DNA of 64,000 nt, taken from Candidatus Levyibacteriota bacterium (lineage in GTDB: Bacteria > Patescibacteriota > Microgenomatia > Levybacterales > GWA1-39-11). The stretch spans positions 160,774-224,773 of the forward strand of contig JAGORM010000001.1 of the NCBI GenBank assembly GCA_018062815.1, given 5' to 3'. Shown in pieces: positions 10,704 to 20,335 of the stretch. Below the pieces are notes generated by a model. That model made no database searches. It was not told where the DNA came from and was given only the letters and a program-made list of their open reading frames with translations. Position 1 is the first letter of the stretch, and every line of letters begins with the position of its first letter. Position numbers and translations under genes: made by a program.

Positions 10704-11183
10704 ATGAGAGGTGCACATGTTACTAAAAAAAGAAAAATAGAGCCGGATCCAGTTTATAACAATTTGTTATTGGCAAAATTTATAAATCGTCTTATGCGTC
10801 ATGGGAAAAAGACTGTGGCTCAGACAGTTGTATATGATACTTTAGACTTTATGAAAGAAAAGGGTGAAGATGATCCTATCGCAGCATTTGAAAAAGCTAT
10901 TGATACAGTTTCACCAAAAGTTGAAGTTAAGGCAAGAAGAATTGGTGGGGCTGCTTATCAGGTTCCTACAGAAGTAAGAGGTCCAAGGAGAATTTCTCTT
11001 GCAATTCGTTGGATTTTAGAGGCTGCAAATAAGAGACCTACATCTGACTATAAAAAGTTTTCAGAAAAATTGGCTGCAGAGATAATGGATGTTAATAAAA
11101 ACACGGGAGAAGCCGTAAGAAGAAGAGATGTAGCACATAAGATGGCAGAAGCAAATAGGGCGTTTAGTCACTTTCGTTTCTAA
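10704..11183 (+). CDS. rpsG: 30S ribosomal protein S7.
   Basis: Canonical S7 sequence. RBS AAGGTGGGA upstream. Immediately downstream of rpsL. Confidence 0.95.
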   Translation: MRGAHVTKKRKIEPDPVYNNLLLAKFINRLMRHGKKTVAQTVVYDTLDFMKEKGEDDPIAAFEKAIDTVSPKVEVKARRIGGAAYQVPTEVRGPRRISLAIRWILEAANKRPTSDYKKFSEKLAAEIMDVNKNTGEAVRRRDVAHKMAEANRAFSHFRF

Positions 11184-11665
11184 AGTTCCTGCGGTGCTCG
11201 TCGGGTAAGTTCGACTGCGCGCCTAAGAGTCTTTTCACATTTCCGTTTTTAAATAGTCTTGTAAAGTCCTCTGAAGTCTTGGCGAAAGGGGAAGAATCGC
11301 GTTTTCTCCATTTCAGATTTTAAATCTAAGACGTTCTTATTACTTGACAAATATTATACATTCTGGCAATATAAGAATTACCAAAAAGCAAAAAACTGAA
11401 AACCTTCCTACGCGCATAGAAAGAATTTTCAGCTACTTCGTCAAGTACAAACTTCAAATAACATACCCGTTATTTTCGATTAGTTTTTGCCACACACATA
11501 TTGTGTCTCCAATATGGTAAGACACTATATTTACCCTGTCAACAGGTAATTTCTGTATCAAAAGATATCAGGTCATTTTTTACTCTTGGAATTTTGCTTC
11601 AAGAAAGCACACCACTTATTTTAAAAAGCACGAACACTTTTGTATACAAGGAGTATAATATCTTT

Positions 11666-12328
11666 ATGGAAAATGTGACCTGGTTTGGGCATGCTTCTTT
11701 CTCATTTGTTGATAAATTTTCAGGACATAGGATTTATTATGTAGATCCGTTTCAGCTTACTCAAAATAATGATTTACTACCTGCTGATATTATCTTTATT
11801 ACCCACGCGCATTCTGACCATTTGTCCCGTGGAGACATAAACCTTATCTTAAAAGCGGACACTATAGTTGTTGCAACCCCTGATTCTCTGCGCACACTTG
11901 ACATCATGCAAGAGAAATTACCTGTAGAATCTAATAAAAGCTATAAAATAAAAGGGTTTGAATTTAGAACAGTTCCTGCGTATAACATAAAACCTGACCG
12001 ATTAGAATTTCATCCTCAAAAAAACAAATGGGTAGGATATATTTTTGAATTAAATGGATTAAAAATATATCATGCAGGAGACACTGATTTTATTCCTGAA
12101 ATGAGGGATTTGGCAGAAGAACATCTGGATATTGCCATGCTTCCCATGGGAGGGCATTACACCATGGGTGTGGATGAGATGATCGAGGCAGCGCGCATAA
12201 TTCGTGCAAGAAAAGTTATCCCCATGCATTACAGAATGCTTCTTGCAGATGAAGCCTACAAAGCAGAACAAAAGTTATTGTCAGAGTTAAAGGATTCAGA
12301 GGTTGTGATTTTAGAAGAATTTAAGTAA
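11666..12328 (+). CDS. MBL-fold metallo-hydrolase.
   Basis: ITHAHSDH (HxHxDH) metallo-beta-lactamase motif. Start placed at the ATG with AAGGAG 8 nt upstream. The in-frame upstream extension to 11501 has no RBS. Confidence 0.7.
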   Translation: MENVTWFGHASFSFVDKFSGHRIYYVDPFQLTQNNDLLPADIIFITHAHSDHLSRGDINLILKADTIVVATPDSLRTLDIMQEKLPVESNKSYKIKGFEFRTVPAYNIKPDRLEFHPQKNKWVGYIFELNGLKIYHAGDTDFIPEMRDLAEEHLDIAMLPMGGHYTMGVDEMIEAARIIRARKVIPMHYRMLLADEAYKAEQKLLSELKDSEVVILEEFK

Positions 12329-12964
12329 TTATTCGACAGTAATAGATGTCATCTTATCTCCTGCTACCATTTTGTGTACAACATCCATTCCTTCTGTAAC
12401 TTTCCCGAAGATAGTGTAATTATGAGGTAGTTGTTCATTGTCTTGCCACATAATAAAAAATTGTGAGCCATTTGTGTTGGGGCCGGAATTTGCCATTGCT
12501 AAGACACCCTCCTTATATCCTTCTTTGTAGGAAGGAGTTTCTGGATTGAGCTCATCCTCAAAGGGTTTTCCGTAGATTGAATATCCACCTGTTCCATTAC
12601 CGCTTGGATCTCCGCCTTGGATTACAAATCCAGGTTCTACTCTGTGAAATGTTAGACCGTCATAAAATTTATTTTTCGCAAGTGTTGCAAAATTTGTTGC
12701 TGCTTTTGGTGCATCCTCTGGATAGAGAGCTAATTGAATAGTGCCTTTTGTTGTAATAATTGTTGCTTTAGTTGCTGTAATTGGTGTAAATGTTGGCATA
12801 GGTGCTGATTGTTTTATTGTTGGTAACACAACTGATTGGGGAGCGGTTGCGTTTAAAATATCTGTATCAGAACTGTTTCCGCCCACTCCACGGTTTGTTG
12901 CAAAAATAAGTACTCCTAATCCTAAAACAATTATAACAATAAACGCTATAAGTGTACGGTTCAT
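12329..12964 (-). CDS. ppiB: Cyclophilin-type peptidyl-prolyl cis-trans isomerase with an N-terminal membrane anchor/signal.
   Basis: FHRVEPGFVIQGGDP...GGYSIYG...FFI cyclophilin core. N-terminal hydrophobic helix. Confidence 0.85.
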   Translation of the reverse strand: MNRTLIAFIVIIVLGLGVLIFATNRGVGGNSSDTDILNATAPQSVVLPTIKQSAPMPTFTPITATKATIITTKGTIQLALYPEDAPKAATNFATLAKNKFYDGLTFHRVEPGFVIQGGDPSGNGTGGYSIYGKPFEDELNPETPSYKEGYKEGVLAMANSGPNTNGSQFFIMWQDNEQLPHNYTIFGKVTEGMDVVHKMVAGDKMTSITVE

Positions 12965-13051
12965 ATGTCAGTAAATTGTATCAAAAAGACAATAAATCAC
13001 AAGAGACATTTTAGATACAAATTATCACTAATAGTTTTAATAATAAAGGTT

Positions 13052-14161
13052 TTATAATTCAATTAGTTTTTTTGATGATTGTGTAAGGGGAATAATTTCT
13101 TTGCCATTAAACCATGCGGTATCTTCAATTCTTACCCCTCCAAATTCACTAATATAAATTCCTGGCTCAATTGTAAAAGAAGTATTGGGAGAGAGTGCTT
13201 CTTTATAACCAGGGGATATATGGGGTAATTCATGAACTTCAATTCCTACGCCATGTCCTATAGAATGGGGTACAGATGGATATTCTTGGGATAAAATATA
13301 ATTTCTCGCGGTCATGTCAATTAATTCGCCAGTGAGTGCGTCCGTAGGTTCAATAATTTGACATTTCAAAGCTATTTCTTGTCCAATACGTACTGTTTCA
13401 TATATTTTCTTAAATTTTTCAGAAGCCTTTCCCATAAAGAACGTGCGGGTCATATCAGCACAATAGTCATTTACTTTTGCTCCAAAATCAAGCAAAACAA
13501 TGTTATTTTTTTCTAATTTTTTATTGCTTGTATTGTGATGTGGCGTAGCTGAGTTTTCTGAAAAGGCTACAATCGTTGGGAACGCAAGTTCCCCTCCTGA
13601 TTCACGAATAAATTTTTCCACTTCCCAAGCTATATCTTTTTCACTTTGACCTATTCTTATAGTCTTGAGAATATGAGAATATGTTTTATCAGTTAATTTG
13701 CATGCAGCTTGCAAGGTATTCAGTTCGTAGTTATTTTTGATTTGCCTTATGAACTCAATGATTTCTTCAGTCAATTTAAGTTTTACGTTTTTCAATTTTT
13801 TAAAATATTCGTATTCTGAATATGTTAAATTTTCTTCAAATCCAATTATTTTTAACTTTTCGTAATCCACGATCTCCTGAATTTGTGGTATTAATTTTTT
13901 TTCTGCATTATATTCAATAATTTTAGGTTTTTTCCAAGTTCCAGCTGAGGTTTGTAGAGTTTTTTTAACGCCCTCAAATAGTCTTGGGTCTGTAAATATG
14001 TACAGATTTGAATCTGTTAACAGTGCAAAACCTTCCCTTTCATTAGTGTTAAAGCCATTAAAGCCTGTGAGGTAGGTGATGTTGTAGGCAGAAGAGATAA
14101 GGAGTGCATCAATTTTCTCAGTCTTCAAAATACGACGAGCTTGTATTTTTCTGTCTTCCAT
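13052..14161 (-). CDS. pepP: Xaa-Pro aminopeptidase (M24 family).
   Basis: Creatinase-like N-domain plus M24 metal-binding motifs (HSIGHGVGIEVHE, DxD, EPGIY). Confidence 0.8.
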   Translation of the reverse strand: MEDRKIQARRILKTEKIDALLISSAYNITYLTGFNGFNTNEREGFALLTDSNLYIFTDPRLFEGVKKTLQTSAGTWKKPKIIEYNAEKKLIPQIQEIVDYEKLKIIGFEENLTYSEYEYFKKLKNVKLKLTEEIIEFIRQIKNNYELNTLQAACKLTDKTYSHILKTIRIGQSEKDIAWEVEKFIRESGGELAFPTIVAFSENSATPHHNTSNKKLEKNNIVLLDFGAKVNDYCADMTRTFFMGKASEKFKKIYETVRIGQEIALKCQIIEPTDALTGELIDMTARNYILSQEYPSVPHSIGHGVGIEVHELPHISPGYKEALSPNTSFTIEPGIYISEFGGVRIEDTAWFNGKEIIPLTQSSKKLIEL

Positions 14162-14215
14162 TTTGCAATTGTATCACAAGAATCTGAATTTTATAAAATT
14201 TGCCAAGGCTAATTG

Positions 14216-14244
14216 TTTACAAACACTTCTGACTTTGTTATACT
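14216..14244 (+). promoter_or_regulatory. Putative promoter for fusA (TTTACA-17-TATACT).
   Basis: TTTACA at 14216-21, a 17-nt spacer, then TATACT at 14239-44, in the divergent pepP/fusA intergenic region. Confidence 0.35.
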
Positions 14245-14254
14245 TATCTTGGTT

Positions 14255-14284
14255 CGAGAGGTAGGCTCTCGAATTATTTTTTTT
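14255..14284 (+). terminator. Hairpin plus U-tract (CGAGAG-gtagg-CTCTCG then AATTATTTTTTTT) in the fusA 5' leader. Possible attenuator or 5' stabiliser.
   Basis: Perfect 6-bp inverted repeat followed by a T-run on the + strand, ~70 nt upstream of the fusA ATG. Confidence 0.4.
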
Positions 14285-14354
14285 GACCGAAGGGAGAAAA
14301 AAATATGTTGAGACCCATGTACCCATGAGTTGAGCATGTTTTTTTATTATAAAT

Positions 14355-16511
14355 ATGGCTGATCCACTAACAAAAGATCGTAATGTACCGTTGGATAAAA
14401 TTCGTAATATTGGGATTATCGCGCACATTGATGCGGGTAAAACTACAACCTCTGAGCGAATTCTATACTACACAGGGAGAACATATAAAATTGGAGATAT
14501 AGATGAGGGAAATACTGTAATGGACTGGATGGCCCAGGAGCGTGAGCGTGGAATAACTATTGTCTCTGCTGCAACTACTACTTTTTGGACTAAAACTTCT
14601 GATAAAGAGAAGGGAATAGATAACCCCTATAGAATTAACTTTATAGATACTCCGGGACACGTTGATTTTACCGCTGAAGTAGAACGCTCTCTTCGCGTAT
14701 TGGATGGTGCTGTGACAGTGCTTGATGCTGAAGAAGGGGTTCAGTCTCAGTCTGAGACAGTATGGCGTCAGGCTGATAAATATCACGTTCCACGTATATG
14801 TTTCGTGAACAAAATGGACAAATTAGGGGCAGACTTCTTAAAAACTGTTGATTCTATTGAAAAAAGACTAGGAGCAAATCCAATTATCATGGCGTTGCCA
14901 ATTGGTGCAGAAAATGAATTTAAAGGAATTGTAGATTTATTGACTCGAAAAGCGCTCATATGGACAGGGGAGGAATTAGGTGCAAAGTATGAGACAACTG
15001 ATGAAATTCCAGAGCACATGAAAACCCAAGTAGAAGAGTACAGACACAAAATGATTGAGAAGATAGCCGAAAATGATGATACACTTCTGGAAAAATACCT
15101 CAACGGAGATGAGATATCAGTAGAGGAATTGCGCGCAGGACTACGCAAGGCTGTAGTTGGGTATAAATTAGTTCCTATTTATGCAGGTTCGTCTTTAAGA
15201 AATAAAGGCGTACAGCCGCTCTTAGATGCTGTTGTCGATTTTCTTCCTTCCCCACAAGACCGTGTAGAAGTAAAAGGAATTAATCCTAAGACCGGCGCTG
15301 AAGAGATAAGAAAGTTAACCCCTGAAGAGCCATTCACAGGTTTTGCATTTAAAGTTCAGATTGATCCGCACGTTGGTAAGATCACGTTTGTACGTATTTA
15401 TTCAGGAAAGCTTATGGCAGGTTCATATGCTTATAACTCTACGAAAGATGTGAAGGAGCGCGTGGGAAGGCTTCTTCTAATGCACTCAAATCAACGAGAA
15501 GAAATTAAAGAGGCAGTTTCAGGTGAAATTGTGGCAGTAGTTGGTCTTAAGGATACTATAACAGGTGATACATTATGTGATGAGGCACATCCTCTTATCC
15601 TTGAGAAAATTTCTTTCCCGGAGCCAGTCATATCTCTTGCTATTGAGCCTAAGACTAAATCAGACCAGGAAAAAATGGGTCAAGCATTAAAACGCCTCAT
15701 GGAAGAAGATCCAACATTTACTGTGAAGATGAACCATGAGACAGGACAAACTATTATGTCTGGTGTTGGAGAGCTTCAATTAGAGATAATGGTTGACCGT
15801 ATGAAGCGCGAGTTTAATGTAGAAGCAAATGTAGGCGCACCACAAGTTGCATACAAGGAAACATTTAGTCCGACAGAAATAAAAGGTGAGGGTAAATATA
15901 TAAGACAAACAGGAGGAAAAGGACAGTATGGTCATGCAATGATTCGTGTTGAAGGAAAAGCACGCGGAGAAGGATATGAGTTTGTAAACGCTATTAAAGG
16001 AGGAGCAATTCCAGGAGAGTTTTGTACTTCAATTGAGAAGGGTGTTAAGGAAACTCTTGAAAATGGACTTTTGCTTGGATATCCAGTTGTTGATTTAAAA
16101 GTTACACTATATGATGGGTCCTTCCATGAAGTTGATTCATCAGATATGGCGTTTAAGATTGCGGGATCAATGGCGCTTCAGGATGCAGCCAAAAAGGGGC
16201 AACTTTCATTGCTTGAACCTATTATGAAAGTTGAAGTAACAACCCCTGAAGAATTTATGGGAGATGTTATTGGTGACTTATCCGCGAGACGTGCGCAAAT
16301 TACGGGAACAGAAGAGCGTGGAAATGCTCGAATTATCCATGCGTCAGTGCCCTTGGCAGAGCTTACAGGTTATGCAACAATCATAAGATCTATGTCGCAG
16401 GGTCGTGCGACATATTACATGGAACCTTCTCACTATGAAGAAGTTCCTCAGAACATTGTTCAGGCAATGCTTGCAAAATCTACTTTCACCGGACGCGTAA
16501 ACGCTCAGTAA
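14355..16511 (+). CDS. fusA: Elongation factor G.
   Basis: [16 protein letters not shown]-domain. 718 aa. Canonical EF-G. Confidence 0.97.
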   Translation: MADPLTKDRNVPLDKIRNIGIIAHIDAGKTTTSERILYYTGRTYKIGDIDEGNTVMDWMAQERERGITIVSAATTTFWTKTSDKEKGIDNPYRINFIDTPGHVDFTAEVERSLRVLDGAVTVLDAEEGVQSQSETVWRQADKYHVPRICFVNKMDKLGADFLKTVDSIEKRLGANPIIMALPIGAENEFKGIVDLLTRKALIWTGEELGAKYETTDEIPEHMKTQVEEYRHKMIEKIAENDDTLLEKYLNGDEISVEELRAGLRKAVVGYKLVPIYAGSSLRNKGVQPLLDAVVDFLPSPQDRVEVKGINPKTGAEEIRKLTPEEPFTGFAFKVQIDPHVGKITFVRIYSGKLMAGSYAYNSTKDVKERVGRLLLMHSNQREEIKEAVSGEIVAVVGLKDTITGDTLCDEAHPLILEKISFPEPVISLAIEPKTKSDQEKMGQALKRLMEEDPTFTVKMNHETGQTIMSGVGELQLEIMVDRMKREFNVEANVGAPQVAYKETFSPTEIKGEGKYIRQTGGKGQYGHAMIRVEGKARGEGYEFVNAIKGGAIPGEFCTSIEKGVKETLENGLLLGYPVVDLKVTLYDGSFHEVDSSDMAFKIAGSMALQDAAKKGQLSLLEPIMKVEVTTPEEFMGDVIGDLSARRAQITGTEERGNARIIHASVPLAELTGYATIIRSMSQGRATYYMEPSHYEEVPQNIVQAMLAKSTFTGRVNAQ

Positions 16512-16560
16512 GGAAATGGTCATAGTTTTTATTTTTTTGAAAATCTTGTAATCCATAAAT

Positions 16561-17037
16561 TTGCGTGATATTATGGTTCATATTCTAAATATGCCAGATA
16601 ATTTAAATATTCCACAATTTGATAAATCAAAATTTAATAACGACGGGTATGTAAAACGTGTAGAAAAGCCATGGGGTTATGAGTTGCATTTTGTTAAAGA
16701 AGAAATGCCTTATATGGGAAAACTGATGCATATTAACGCCGGTTGTAGGCAGTCAATGCAGCTTCACGATGCTAAACAAGAAACGTATTTGGTTACATCT
16801 GGTCGGGCAAAAGTGCTATGGGAGAACAATAAAGGAGAGATAATTGAAACAGAACTTGAACAGAATGTAGGATTTACGACACTATTAGGTCAGAGACATA
16901 GGCTATGTGGAATTACAGATTGTGATATTTTAGAGTTTTCTACGCCTGAAATGGGAACAACATGGAGATTGGAAGATGATTACGCACGCCCAGATGAAAC
17001 TCCTGAACAGAGGAAGAAAGAGAGGGGAGAGAAATGA
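16561..17037 (+). CDS. Cupin-domain protein of the type-II mannose-6-phosphate isomerase type, with partly substituted metal ligands.
   Basis: KPWGYE...SMQLHDAKQETY aligns with the ManC C-terminal cupin motif (RPWG.YE ... SLQMHHHRAEHW) but lacks several of the His residues. Start ambiguous (16561/16576/16591). Confidence 0.55.
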   Translation: MRDIMVHILNMPDNLNIPQFDKSKFNNDGYVKRVEKPWGYELHFVKEEMPYMGKLMHINAGCRQSMQLHDAKQETYLVTSGRAKVLWENNKGEIIETELEQNVGFTTLLGQRHRLCGITDCDILEFSTPEMGTTWRLEDDYARPDETPEQRKKERGEK

Positions 17038-18074
17038 TTGACTTAACCAACTTGGAAGAAGTAAAAAGACTTGATCTTCAGGATACCTTGCGTTCTACGC
17101 AATTACTTCCCGAACAATTGGAGGCAGCATGGGATGAGGTGAGGCAAATTCAAGTTCCCCAGGGATATAATAATGTTTCTAATATTATTTTCTGCGGTAT
17201 GGGAGCATCTATATATGGTGCGTTAGTTGTAAAGGCACTTTTTGGTTCAGACTTCTCTTACCCAACAGAAATGGTATCAGACTACCATCTTCCAAAATAC
17301 GTAAATAATAATTCACTTATTGTTTTAACTAGCTATTCAGGTACAACAGAAGAGGTGTTGTCTTGCGCACAAGAAGCAAAGGAAAAAGGTGCAAAGATGT
17401 TAATTCTCACAAAGGGTGGTAAGCTCGCAGAGTTTGCAAAACAAGAAAACGTTCCTTCATATGTATTCAGTGGAGCGCTAAACCCAGCAGGTGTTCCAAG
17501 ACTTGGTAATGGGTACACCATAATTGGACTTATGGGACTTTTGCATAACGCAGGGATAATTCAGATTGATGAAGGTTTATTAAAAGGGGGAATTGAACAC
17601 ATTAGAAAAAATAAAGATGCAATTGTTGAGCGTGCTATGCATGATGCGCATAGTATGGTAGGTAAAATTCCAGTTATTTTTGCGGCAGAACATTTGTCAG
17701 GGAATGCTCAGATTTTAAGGAATCAGTTTAATGAAACAAGTAAAACTTTTTCTGCTTATTATTTAATTCCTGATTTAAATCATCATCTCATGGAAGGCTT
17801 GCAGTTTCCGTCTTCTAGCAATCTAAAGTTTATGATATTTGATTCCCACATGTATTCACCAAAAATTCAAAAAAGAGTTGAGTTAACACTGGATGTTGTT
17901 CGTCAGAACAATCACACAATACTTGAATATATTACTCGCGGAACTGATAAGTATCAGGATTTTCTTGAAGTGTTATCGCTTGGATCATATACAACTTTAT
18001 ATTTAGGACTGTTATATGAGCAAAATCCAGCCATAAACCCTTGGGTTGATTACTTTAAGGAAAAGTTGGCATAG
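17034..18074 (+). CDS. SIS-domain bifunctional phosphoglucose/phosphomannose isomerase family protein.
   Basis: GMGASIYGA SIS motif and overall archaeal-type PGI/PMI layout. ATGA overlap with the upstream cupin gene. Confidence 0.6.
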   Translation: MIDLTNLEEVKRLDLQDTLRSTQLLPEQLEAAWDEVRQIQVPQGYNNVSNIIFCGMGASIYGALVVKALFGSDFSYPTEMVSDYHLPKYVNNNSLIVLTSYSGTTEEVLSCAQEAKEKGAKMLILTKGGKLAEFAKQENVPSYVFSGALNPAGVPRLGNGYTIIGLMGLLHNAGIIQIDEGLLKGGIEHIRKNKDAIVERAMHDAHSMVGKIPVIFAAEHLSGNAQILRNQFNETSKTFSAYYLIPDLNHHLMEGLQFPSSSNLKFMIFDSHMYSPKIQKRVELTLDVVRQNNHTILEYITRGTDKYQDFLEVLSLGSYTTLYLGLLYEQNPAINPWVDYFKEKLA

Positions 18075-18083
18075 TACGGGTAT

Positions 18084-18401
18084 ATGAAGTTTTCTCCTAC
18101 TCTTTTTTTGATTCTACAATTTTTTATTATCATTCCTTCATTGCTTTTTGTCTTAAGTATACTTTCTATATTTTTTATAAAAGATTCAGCATTATATTAT
18201 CTTGTAATTACAAAAAATACTTTACAAAATATAGGCATATTGATTGTATCTCCGCTAACTTCTGGGTTTGTTGCATATCACTACATGGAGCGCTATCGGC
18301 CACAGGGGTTTGTGGCATTAGTATCAAAATGCATGTTGGGATATGCAATAACAGTCTTAGGCATGACTATCATTTTTTTATTTTTAAGTTTCTTCTTCTA
18401 G
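18084..18401 (+). CDS. Hypothetical small membrane protein.
   Basis: 105 aa with three predicted TM helices. No recognisable motif. Confidence 0.35.
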   Translation: MKFSPTLFLILQFFIIIPSLLFVLSILSIFFIKDSALYYLVITKNTLQNIGILIVSPLTSGFVAYHYMERYRPQGFVALVSKCMLGYAITVLGMTIIFLFLSFFF

Positions 18402-18442
18402 ATTTTCTTGATTAACATATACCAATCACATACAATATCGAC

Positions 18443-19411
18443 ATGATCGTTATTAGGGATGCACAAATGAAGGATTATTTGTGGTATAAAATAGGCGGAA
18501 ATACTCGCTATCTCTTGCAGTGCTTTTCTGAAGAAGATATTGTTGAAGCTTTTGAGTTTATAAAAAAAGAAAAAATTGATAAGTATTTTGTTGTAGGCAT
18601 GGGCTCAAATCTTCTCTTTACTGATGGGTATTTTGACGGTGTAGTTATACAAATACTTGTAGATGCTCCCAGTGTTGGAATTACTCTATTAAACAAGGAA
18701 ACAGTACAAGCGTTTTCAGGTGTAGAGCTTGATTCTGTAATTCAGTTTGCATTTGATAAGAATCTTCTGGGACTGGAGTGGGCAGGTGGATTACCCGGTA
18801 CTGTTGGAGCAGCGGTTAGGGGGAATGTTGGTGCGTTTGGGGGTGAAATTAAGGATAGCTTTAAAGCTGCACGTGTTCTTGTTTATGATAAAAAAAAATA
18901 TAAAGTTTTAGATCTAAATAAGAGGGATATAAAATTTGCATATAGAAATAGTACTGTAAAAAAACAAAAAAACATGGTCATTCTTTCAGTTACATTTAAG
19001 CTCAATAGCGTTGATGATAAGAAGTTAGGGTGGGGAAAACAAACATACTTTGCGAATATAGAGTATCGTAAGAGCAAACATCCTATGGATTTTCCCTCAA
19101 CAGGTTCTGCGTTTAAAAACATAAATAACCCAGGGGATATAAAAAAAGTACTGACTGCTTTTCCTGATATAGAATCTGATGTAAGAGTTAAATGGCATGG
19201 GAAAGTTAGCATGGGGTATTTGAATAAGCGTCTTGATCTTTCTGGTTTAAAAATCGGTCAAGCACATATCTCAAATAAACATAGCAATTTTATTGTAAAT
19301 TTAGGAGGCGCAACTGCGTTAGATGTTTTGTCTATTATAAAAAGAGTGCAGGAAACTTTTAAAGAAGCGTTTGGATTTACTCCTGAGCCTGAGGTAGAAA
19401 TTGTTCAGTAA
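18443..19411 (+). CDS. murB: UDP-N-acetylenolpyruvoylglucosamine reductase.
   Basis: FAD-binding domain with VGMGSNLL and a C-terminal GSAFKN motif typical of MurB. Confidence 0.75.
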   Translation: MIVIRDAQMKDYLWYKIGGNTRYLLQCFSEEDIVEAFEFIKKEKIDKYFVVGMGSNLLFTDGYFDGVVIQILVDAPSVGITLLNKETVQAFSGVELDSVIQFAFDKNLLGLEWAGGLPGTVGAAVRGNVGAFGGEIKDSFKAARVLVYDKKKYKVLDLNKRDIKFAYRNSTVKKQKNMVILSVTFKLNSVDDKKLGWGKQTYFANIEYRKSKHPMDFPSTGSAFKNINNPGDIKKVLTAFPDIESDVRVKWHGKVSMGYLNKRLDLSGLKIGQAHISNKHSNFIVNLGGATALDVLSIIKRVQETFKEAFGFTPEPEVEIVQ

Positions 19412-19413
19412 TT

Positions 19414-20217
19414 ATGAAAAAAAAATACAAACTAATTATTTCAGACTATGACGGAACACTTGCTGGTAAAGATCACAAAATTTCTCAAGCAACTTCATCT
19501 GCAATTAAAAAATGGATAGCATCGGGGAAAAATTTTACAATTGCAACAGGACGTCAGTTTCTCATGATAAAACATGAAGCAAGAGAATTAGGTCTTACGA
19601 CCCCTCAGATAACAAGAGGAGGTGCGGAAATTATAGACCCATTAACAGAGAAGGTAATATATTCTGAGCTTATTGATCAGTCAACTGTTGAAGATTTCAC
19701 TTCATTTATGAAGGAAAACGGATACGGATTTATAGTTGAACAAAGCGGTACATTGTATTCAACTTATCATACTAGTTATGGATATCCTGAAGTTCAAGAG
19801 CTATCTTTTGATGACTTTGTGATGTCGCCTGCCCCTAAGATACTTGTTTCTTTGAGGGGTAAAGATATTAACGAGAGCGAAAAGTTTTTGGAAGATGTGG
19901 TTTGGAAAAAATATCCGCAACTTCATGTAGCAAAAAGTTACAATCCAATAGAAAAAGTTTGGGATGTAACCTCGTTATCCGCCACAAAGCATTTGGCTGT
20001 TCTTGAGTTGTTAAAATTACTTGATATACCCAGAGAGGAAGCTGTGGGAGTGGGAGATGGATATAATGACTTCCCTTTGCTAGAAGCATGCGGCCTAAAA
20101 GTTGCTATGGGAAATGCTGTAGAGGAATTGAAAGCGATTGCAGACATGGTAGTTCCCACACAAAAAGAAGAAGGGGTAGCATTTCTTATAGAAAAATTAT
20201 TAAGAGAAGAATCTTAG
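19414..20217 (+). CDS. HAD-IIB (Cof-type) sugar phosphatase.
   Basis: DYDGTL motif I and VGDGYNDFPLLEACGLKVAMGNA motif IV. Confidence 0.8.
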   Translation: MKKKYKLIISDYDGTLAGKDHKISQATSSAIKKWIASGKNFTIATGRQFLMIKHEARELGLTTPQITRGGAEIIDPLTEKVIYSELIDQSTVEDFTSFMKENGYGFIVEQSGTLYSTYHTSYGYPEVQELSFDDFVMSPAPKILVSLRGKDINESEKFLEDVVWKKYPQLHVAKSYNPIEKVWDVTSLSATKHLAVLELLKLLDIPREEAVGVGDGYNDFPLLEACGLKVAMGNAVEELKAIADMVVPTQKEEGVAFLIEKLLREES

Positions 20218-20335
20218 CAAATAAAAATATTCCTCACGATGCTTTGCAGATTTAATACAAAAATTACAAAACTTACTATAATTTCAGAAAATGTCATATA
20301 TTAGTAAAGTTAAATCGTTATGATACAATGTTTGC

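Noticed and set aside
11501-11665. In-frame 55-aa N-terminal extension of the MBL hydrolase ORF.
   Set aside because: No RBS at 11501, whereas the internal ATG at 11666 has AAGGAG at the correct spacing. The extension has no signal-peptide character.
12741-12974. 77-aa + strand ORF overlapping the cyclophilin gene.
   Set aside because: It is antisense to a well-supported cyclophilin CDS and has no supporting signals.
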